A stretch of 64,000 nucleotides of DNA, taken from Eledone cirrhosa. Taxonomy: Eukaryota. Positions within the stretch are counted from its first letter, which is position 1, and each line of letters starts with the position of its first letter. The notes below the pieces were generated by a model. That model saw only the letters and a list, made by a program, of their open reading frames with translations. It had not been told where the DNA came from and ran no database searches. The position numbers were made by a program, and so were the translations under genes. The DNA lies in NCBI GenBank assembly GCA_964016885.1, contig OZ024746.1, positions 34,038,001 through 34,102,000 of the forward strand. The letters are read 5' to 3'. Below, one piece after another: positions 55,050 through 64,000 of this stretch.

Positions 55050-55240
55050 CCCTTATTTAACTTCCTCTTATCACACTTTATTTTCTATTCACCTTCTATT
55101 TCTAACCCTATATTCCGATGAAGGACTAGTGTCCGAAACATTAAGACTCTCATTTTGCTCTGTCAAAGCGTTAAACTAATGTATCTTTTCAATTGACTGT
55201 GCCGTTTGTTTTGTTGATTATGTTACTTCTCTTTACCCTT
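55050..55240 (+). mobile_element. Relative of the 5184 element, hammerhead at about 55111-55146
   Basis: CCGATGA-a-ggac(tagt)gtcc-GAAA-CATTA; downstream agcgttaa.ctaat is shared with about 5300. Confidence 0.55.
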
Positions 55241-55280
55241 TACATGCATGCGTGCATACACACACACACACACACATACA

Positions 55281-55390
<110 letters not shown>

Positions 55391-56126
55391 GAGAGAGAGA
55401 GAGAGAGAGAGATATGTATCCCCGCTCGTTTACGAATGTCAATTTTTTTCGCACCTAGAAAGTTCCCGCCACTCATCGCACAATCCGGGCCCGGTGTTTT
55501 GTGGAAATCAAGTTATCGCCCAAGAATAACTCTGTCCGCTCTGTACGCCACCGTTTTTGTTGGAGGCAGAGTCAACTGGTGACACTCTATCAATCTATCT
55601 ATATATATATATGTACATATGTGTGTGTTTGTATGTGTGGTTGTTTGTGGGTGTGTGGGTGTATGTATATATATGTACATACAATTATATATAGTTAATA
55701 TGATTTTGCAAGACAGTCATGGGAAGAAAAAAATAGATAGTTATATTACTGCTCCTAATGAAGATTGTTAAATTTTAGATTAGTACAACTAACCTTTCGT
55801 TATAACAGTGGCTATATATAGCACTCTGCTTGACCTGTGAATTTGTCACACACTAGGGTTGTAACATACAATAAATTGAGTTCAGATGCATCACTGATTT
55901 TTCGTTTTCTATTCTATCATACTCTGCTCTGTAAGAGCATAGTGTGCTCAACCGGCATACCGCCTATGGAAGCATCTTAACTACCATCAGATCACACACA
56001 CAAACACACATATATATATAAATGTATATATATATATGTATGTAAAAGGTAAACATAAATAATAACACAATCGGTATAGTATATGGAAGGGAAGGGATAT
56101 ATTAGATTTAATATATATATATATAC

Positions 56127-58057
56127 TTAGGGTAAACATTGATGCAATTCAATTCAAACTCTCAATGTACTTATTCCACTTAGGAGTGACGGTGTAAATA
56201 TCGATTAAGGAAAAGCGAAGTAGTTCAGATGTTCAAGTCTTTTAATAATAATGCTGTGATATATATTTCAATGGCGACAGTGGCCACACTGTACCGTGCG
56301 CCAATGTCGCGACATCGTCAGACACCTTGTTACATAATAAAGTTATGTTTCCGAGGCAATCCAAATTGAATCGACATGGGAACGGACGAAGTGTGTGCTC
56401 TTGGGTTCTTCATCCATTCCCCTGTGAGTACCAATTCACCCCAACTGGTCTGCGCAGGCGCAGGTCCGAAGGAAGTTGACCATAATCTACCGCAAATTTC
56501 AACGAAATTCGCTTAGTCAGTTCCCCCCGCAGCCAAACAATGACCCATTCAGGCCTGTAATATAGCTTACTGCTACCTATCCCGTCTGAGGCCGTCAGTC
56601 GAAAGCCAGTGGGGATGGGAGAGTGTGTGTATATATAGGTCTGAATACCACCTCTCATTAAGCTTGGACAGTATAATTGACCATCAACCTCTAAGACAAA
56701 ATATACTTAATTCTATGTATCATGTTTTCCCGGTGGAAGTTATGAATGAGAGTTGGAAATTTGAACTATCAATTAAAAATCGAAAGTCAGAAATCAAATA
56801 TTAAATATTACAAATTAGAAATTAAATTAACAAGTAAAAATTAATAATTTTTCAAGTGAGAATCTGGATTGAGGTGAGTAAAAGAATATAGATTGAAGTG
56901 AGTAAATAATATGCAGAGAGATGTAAGATGTAAGAGAGATGTAAGATGTAAGAAGTTTTGAAATGGGTATTACTGTTGCAGTTATATTATCTATATACTG
57001 AACGATAGTACCGTAGAGTAGAACGCAGGGTAAATTACGGTATGAAAGGTAGTATTTAGTCGGATACATAATCAGAATTTCCATCACATGGAACAGAACA
57101 AAAAAAACAAACGATATAACGTACACAAAAGAAAAAAAACAATAAATGAATAAATGCAAAAAGACATAGAGTACATATATGCAAAATGAGATAGATGATC
57201 AATATGATTATCAATTTGTCCATGTATATATTTAATTGAGGGGTCTTCCGTTCAAATGCGATTTAGTGCAGGAACATACGGGTTTCGACGTATTTTTCCT
57301 GCCGAAAGTTATTATTCTGTCCGTCTAGTATCATGGGTTTCCTCCCCATGGTAGAGGGGATTTAGGGGTGTAGCTCGTGGCTGGTTCCTCTGTTCTCCAC
57401 CATATCGGTTACATCACAGAGCGCTCTACTAATTGGAGCTAAATTCTAATTTTTAATATTTAATATTTGATTTCTGACTTACGATTTTTAATTGATAGTT
57501 CTAATTTCCAACTCTCATTCATAACTTCCTCCGTGAAACCATGATACATAGAATTAAGTATATTTTCTCTTAGAGGTTGATGGTCAATTATACTGTCCAT
57601 GCTTAATGAGAGGTGGTATTCAGACCTATAGATACTCACAGTCTCCCATTCCCACTGGCTTTCGACTGATGGCCACAGACGGGATAGGTAGCAGTAAGCT
57701 ATATTACAGGCCTGAATCGGTGATTGTTTGGCTGAGAGGGGGAACTGACTAAGCGAATTTCGTTGAAATCTGCGGTAGCTAATGGTTAATTTCCTTCGGA
57801 CCTGCGCCTGCGCAGACTGGTGGGGGTGAATTGGTACTCACAGGGGAATGGATGAAAAACCCAAGAGCACACACTTCGTCCGTTCCCATGTCGATTCAAT
57901 TTGGATTGCCTCGGAAATATAACCTTATTATGTAACAAGCTGTCTGACGATGTCGCGACACTGGCGCACGGTACAGTGTGGCCACTGTCGCCATTGAAAT
58001 ATATATCACAGCATTATTATTAAAAGGCTTGAATATCTGAAACTACTACGCTTTTCC

Positions 58058-58058
<1 letters not shown>
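56127..58058. mobile_element. Non-coding fold-back with hammerhead-bearing arms, in (TA)n
   Basis: Arms about 56208-56825 and 57445-58058 with a spacer of about 620 bp. Confidence 0.85.
57939..58012 (+). ncRNA. Hammerhead variant with branched stem II (mirror at 56253-56326, -)
   Basis: gctgt-CTGACGA-tgtcgcgaca-ctggcg...cgccatt-GAAA-tatat-ATC^acagc. Confidence 0.6.
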
Positions 58059-58109
<51 letters not shown>

Positions 58110-58112
<3 letters not shown>

Positions 58113-58370
58113 AAGAAACCAAAAATCAGTGATGCATGTGGACTCAGTTTATTGCGTGTTACAATTGTTTCGCCGGCAGGTAGCTCGAGACATAAAAAGG
58201 GTATGGATCTGGCTGATTCTACGGCTGCAGGTTCCTTCGGACACATGCAAATCTTTCGGACCAAATTTTCTCACTGGGGTGTTATCTTCGAAAAACACCT
58301 TCAAAAAACATCTTCCACTCTTGTCATTTCATTGGCTGTTGTTTTTCTACGTCATCATTATTTCTGGTCA

Positions 58371-58375
<5 letters not shown>
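58110..58375 (-). mobile_element. pLTR-like element with a CCGA-variant hammerhead (58156-58244)
   Basis: gtgt-CCGAAGGA-acctgcag...ctgccggc-GAAA-caatt-GTA^acac; flanked by (TA)n. Confidence 0.6.
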
Positions 58376-58398
<23 letters not shown>

Positions 58399-58405
<7 letters not shown>

Positions 58406-58865
58406 ATATCTGTTTTCTTCACTATCCATATTTCGTGAAAGACGACGTATCTGCTAGCAATCGATGTACACCTTTGTATATAACTTATTTATCACATATA
58501 ATTGTTTTTTTAATTTTCAAATTTTCTTTTAATAAATAATTCAACTACGTTGCAAACGGTATTCAAATCCTTTTGACAAGTCAAGTATACGAATATATAT
58601 CCATAGCGGTACAAATAAATACGCATATATATATATGCGTATTTATTTGTACCACTATGGATATATATATTCGTATACTTGACTTGTCAAAAGGATTTGA
58701 TTACCGTTTGCAACGTAGGTGAATTATTTATTAAAAGAAAATGTGACAATTAAAGAAACCAATTATATGTCATAAACAAGTTATATACAAAGTTGTACAT
58801 CGATTGCTAGCAGATACAGCGTCTTTCACGAAATATGGATAGTGAAGACAACAGATATATCATAT
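58399..58865. repeat. Spacer-less palindrome centred on (AT)6
   Basis: Arms of about 230 bp around tacaaataaatacgc-atatatatatat-gcgtatttatttgta. Confidence 0.9.
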
Positions 58866-59316
58866 CAAATGCATTTTTCCTACCTATCTGTCTAGGTGTT
58901 TTTATATATCGATGTGTAAAAGCGATGAGTAACCATCATCACTATATTTTATAATATTTTCAATGTTCTATTACATTTTCTATAGTGTTAAAATTGTATT
59001 TCTTTTTTCAGTTGTATATATTTCTATTCTTTTAATGTATTAGCAAGAAATTTTACGTAGAAAAAGGTTGTTTAAATTCCAATCTTTTATTATTTCTATG
59101 AAGACATATTTTTCCTTTACATTATATCCTACGAAATGAGGCAAAATTAATTGCTTTAAGAAATGTTCGCCTTTTTCGTCTAAATGTTGCCTACGTGACG
59201 TGGTTTTAATAGCGTCCACTATCATCTCATTTTATTTTCTTCTATGCCTATACATTTTACCTGAATGTATAATGTACGCAGACAAAACAACAATATACAT
59301 CCGTACACAAGAAAGG

Positions 59317-59352
<36 letters not shown>

Positions 59353-59484
59353 CATTTTATAATACATATATATATACATATGTGTGTGTGTGAGTGTCTG
59401 TGTGTGTTTGTATGTGTATGTATGTGTGTTTGTATGTGTATGTGAGTGTATCTGCGCGTGTGTGTGTGTGTGTGTGTGCGTGTG

Positions 59485-59559
<75 letters not shown>

Positions 59560-59789
59560 TGAGAAAAATACATATATGTTATGCATATTTTCTACACTTC
59601 ATCGTACATTTTTTAAAATTAAGCAGACATGTAATCATAATTATGAATGTATAGAGTATGAGTGCTAACATAGTTATACTAACCTCCATCACACATATAG
59701 ACATATTCACATGTGTGTATGTAATATATATACAAATATGATCTATATGTTTGCGCGAATGTGTGTATATGTGTGTGTATGTGTGTTTG

Positions 59790-59827
<38 letters not shown>

Positions 59828-59869
59828 TAGAGAGAAAGAGAGAGAGAATAAGAATATGCGAAGTAATTG

Positions 59870-60165
59870 CAGATGTTAAAGTCCTCTATTGATAAGGCTG
59901 TGATACATATTTCATTGACGTCAGTGGCCACGGAATTCCTCTTAACTAGTGCCATGATGTCATCAGACAACACTCGTAGATAATAAGGTTAGGTTCTCGA
60001 GACAATCCGAATTAAAACGACAAGGGAACGGAAAGATGATGTTCTTGAAGCCTTCGCTTCCAATAGAACGGGCGAAGTCTTCAAAAAATCATGTTTGTCC
60101 GTTCACATTTCGTTTTAATTTGGATTGCCTCGATAACTAAACTTTATTATGTAAAAGTGTTTCCG
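59870..60165. mobile_element. Diverged relative of the 56127 family: short fold-back with an HHR-like motif at 59897-59971 (-)
   Basis: gttgt-CTGATGA-...-GAAA-tatgt-ATC^acagc; 60097-60160 is an inverted copy of about 59972-60032. Confidence 0.55.
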
Positions 60166-60226
60166 CCTGATTTCACCTTGTACCTTGATTTCAAAGAACA
60201 ATTAAACACACACACACACACACACA

Positions 60227-60262
<36 letters not shown>

Positions 60263-62571
60263 AGTATGGAGACAGGTATTACTAAAAACAAGTATAAACA
60301 GTTTTAACGAATCTTTTATGATTAATGCACTATACAATTTTTATTTGAACGATAAAATGGTTTTGTTATTTACAGACATAACCTTACATTTGCTTAATAT
60401 ATCTGCTACTTTCAGAGGTCATTGGCCATTTTCAAAATTATATTTTATTTCTCGTGCCCATCATTCATTTTCTCCACGAAACTCCTTTCAATATATCCCA
60501 TTATGGCAATCAACCTTACTTTTTGTGATTCTTCTTATGTTTTTATTGCTACGAAATGTTAAGATTTAAACTTTTTTCTCTTACCAAATCTGCCTATTCT
60601 TATTAGCAATAACTTTCTTCAATTTTACTAGTTATGCAACTTACTATCTTATATTGAAAAACATTTGAAGTAACATCTCGTTTAATTTTACATTAACATT
60701 TGTATGTATTCAGTTAATATTCGTTGTATGTGGAAGTTTTATTTATTAACGTAATAAAATTGGCGTATAGATGTTTGACAACATTTTATGAAATCAATCA
60801 TTCCTAAAATTAAGCATACACCTCAAATACAAAATTCAAATCAACACTAATTTTGTACCGAACAGTTTTAGCTGTATCCATGTTTAAATGTATTGCAACA
60901 GGACGATTACGAAGCCCATTTGTATGGTAATTCTTGAATTTGGTTAATAATTCCCCCTAATAATCTGATTACATAAAATGTATACATCAGTTAGGAAAGC
61001 CCATGCTATATTCTAGATATCTGTATATCCCCCGTGTATTAAAAAGCAAAATACAATTTTACTTATGAATATTTATATGCAAACCTGTCAACTCTGCTCG
61101 TCCGATGGGGAGATCCCCGACCCATTTTTAGATGGGTGAAAGATGTCTTCTCTTGTGAAAATGGGTATAGTATTCATTATGTAACATCCACCCATTTTGC
61201 CACATTTCTCCCCGTTTTGCGGCACCATTTTTCATGACTAGAGTTTTTAGAAGTTGCCACGTCTGTATATATATATCAACACATTTAGAACAAATAGTAT
61301 TTCTGATAAAATATAATATAACAATACAATCACCCCGCCTCAACATTAAAGAAATACACATATTTAATATGTAATTTTGTCTAAAATAACTTACACCGAC
61401 GGAGAATAGTTTCTTGATAACTTAGATAGTCATTCTAATCTTGACCCCACATACTAGAATATATTTATCAAGACCAATATTAACATTTAGTGCTAACTGA
61501 TATTAACATTTCCTACTAACTGAAATAAAGCAAGGGTAATTTACTTCCCTATAAAATATAGGGAAGACCAGAGCCTTTAATTATGATTACTTACATTCTA
61601 CAATTACTGTTTACAGCGGTAATAATTGTGTGAATGATTGTTTATTTATTGAATGATTGATTCAATTTAAACGTCCGTATATAGATATAGGAGGACAGAG
61701 TAGGAAATGTATTGAGTACTCCTTATAGTAGGTAATCAAAAAGAGCTAGTGAGGCAAGAGTAAAAAAAAGTTAAAAAAAGCGTAAAAGGGGAGAAATATA
61801 ATTTCGAATATTGAAGGCCAAAGGGAGGAGGAAAGGAAAACGAAAAGGGGAAACAAGGGAACAGGTAAAATAGCTAAAGGTTTTTGTTGTTGGAAGTGTG
61901 GTGAGGTTCTAAAGAACGGGTGGGGTCATAGAAGCTTTGTTGGTCATCTCCCCTTGTTTCAGCTACATGCGTTACAAAATTTCAACTAGCCAATAACCAA
62001 GTGACTCAGACTGAGTGACAGGTTCAGAAATCCAGATATTTATTTAAATTTTACTATTTTACAATTTAGCTACGAATTCCAATTTAATTTTTAACACTGA
62101 TTTCTGAATTGCCGGCTTCAGCGGTATATATAAGATGGCTTCAACAATGCTTTTAGGATTCAAATGTTTGGTGGGAATACATGTTTGTATTAATAATAAA
62201 TATAAAGGTTTACACGTTATTTAAACTTTATTCTAAATTATTGATCTCTTTCCTAGCATATAAATGATTCATTCTGGGTATATATATTTTTTTATTTTTC
62301 ATGAAAAATTCATGAATGAATCGTGGTAGACACGAGATTGGAAATTAGAGGTTTTTCTTTCAACATGACAATACGGCGATCTGTCCAGTATCTATGCTTT
62401 CAAGCAGCGCTCCTCACACTCGCATCCCACATTTACTTCATCCTGACAATGACATGGTCTGGCAGATTAAGGTAACAGAAATCGGAGTGAACGTCATAAT
62501 GTCTAGTCTTCTCATATGTTTTTATAAATATATATTTAAATACATGCACACATACACACACAATCATACAT

Positions 62572-62671
<100 letters not shown>

Positions 62672-62686
62672 ACACACACACACACG

Positions 62687-62804
<118 letters not shown>

Positions 62805-63353
62805 CATATATATATAAATGCACGTGTATATACATAGAGCAAAATAATTCTTATATGAATAAATATAAACCTAATCATAGAGATTCTGCTGACTAGACAG
62901 TGAGAATCGAAGAAGTTTCGTGTAGATTTTAATTTACTCTCTATTTACATATTCACAACATAGATGTAAACCATTTAAAAGCATTGCATTGAATCAAAAT
63001 TCAATAGTTTGTGTCTGAATTAAGAATAGATTATAAATTTGTTCGTGACAGAATTCGTTAAATAATTCATCAGATTTTGTAAATATGTAATGCAATGTAT
63101 GTATGTATGTATGTATGTATGTATGTATGCATGTATGTATGTATGTATGTATGTATGTATGTATGTGTGTATGTATGTATGGATGGATGTGTGTATGTAT
63201 GTATGTATTTATGTATGTGTGTGTGTATGTATGTATGCATGTACGTTTGGATGTATACAAGTATGTATTTATGAATACAGGTTAATATAGGGATAGACAA
63301 GCATTCAGGTATTACAAAATAGATGCACACACACACACGCACACATCACTCGG

Positions 63354-63418
<65 letters not shown>

Positions 63419-63697
63419 AACATAATGTAAAATAAGTAAAGATAGATATATAGCGAGTTCGATAAATAGAAATTTTATACAATAAACTGTTTGACAAATA
63501 CATATTCTATAAGTTTTTGAGAGTGAATTATTTAGGGACAGTACTGAAACATAGACAGGGGCACGGCCGAAACGCATAGTCGAAAGGGCATGTCTTTGGT
63601 ATTGCTAGGGGAGAAAGGATACGGCGAAATATGGTTTTTTTTTAAATTAAACCACGCCTAATTTATACTTTATATATTTCTAACCAATATAAATAAT

Positions 63698-64000
63698 GGT
63701 TTCTGAATTTGATACAAGGGCAACAATTTTAGGGGAAGGGGAAATCTATCAACTCGAAGCCAAAACCTTATGAGTACTTAATGTTATCGACTCCTTAAAG
63801 CTGAAAAGCAACTCTAACCGCAGGAGTATTTGAACTCAGTTTGAAAGGGACAGAATAATAAGCCGACAACTCGAGTCACTTCCTTTCCACCACACTAAAT
63901 AATTGTTTCTACTTTTGGCACAAGGCCAGCAATTATCCCAGTGTATTACTGGTACTTTATTTTAGCGACCCTGTAAGGATGAAAGGCAAAGTTAACCTCG
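63698..64000 (-). mobile_element. Two SINE family A copies (about 63698-63840, diverged; 63904 to the window end)
   Basis: Family motifs; the second copy is cut by the window edge. Confidence 0.75.

Overview
AT-rich, microsatellite-saturated animal DNA with no recognisable host gene. The SINE families and the (TA)n/(CA)n/(TAA)n density suggest an octopus or other cephalopod, which is an inference. Most entries in the ORF track are microsatellite translations. The real coding content is retroelement-derived: a near-full-length, frameshifted R4/Dong-type RLE LINE in (TAA)n (16127-21014), an RTE-type APE-RT LINE (27697-30618), Tx1/L1-type fragments, and three Penelope-like elements (PLEs) with GIY-YIG endonucleases, one of which the ORF track misses (48029-48415). 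The main unexplained structure is a set of hammerhead ribozyme (HHR) motifs from about seven sequence families. These include a 466-bp tandem, highly structured, non-coding unit with a canonical type I HHR that looks like a retrozyme (7626-9563). Most HHR-bearing and PLE insertions lie in or next to (TA)n, and seven are head-to-head fold-backs with both RNA 3' ends pointing outward. All folds and alignments were done by eye; boundaries are approximate to a few bp unless stated.
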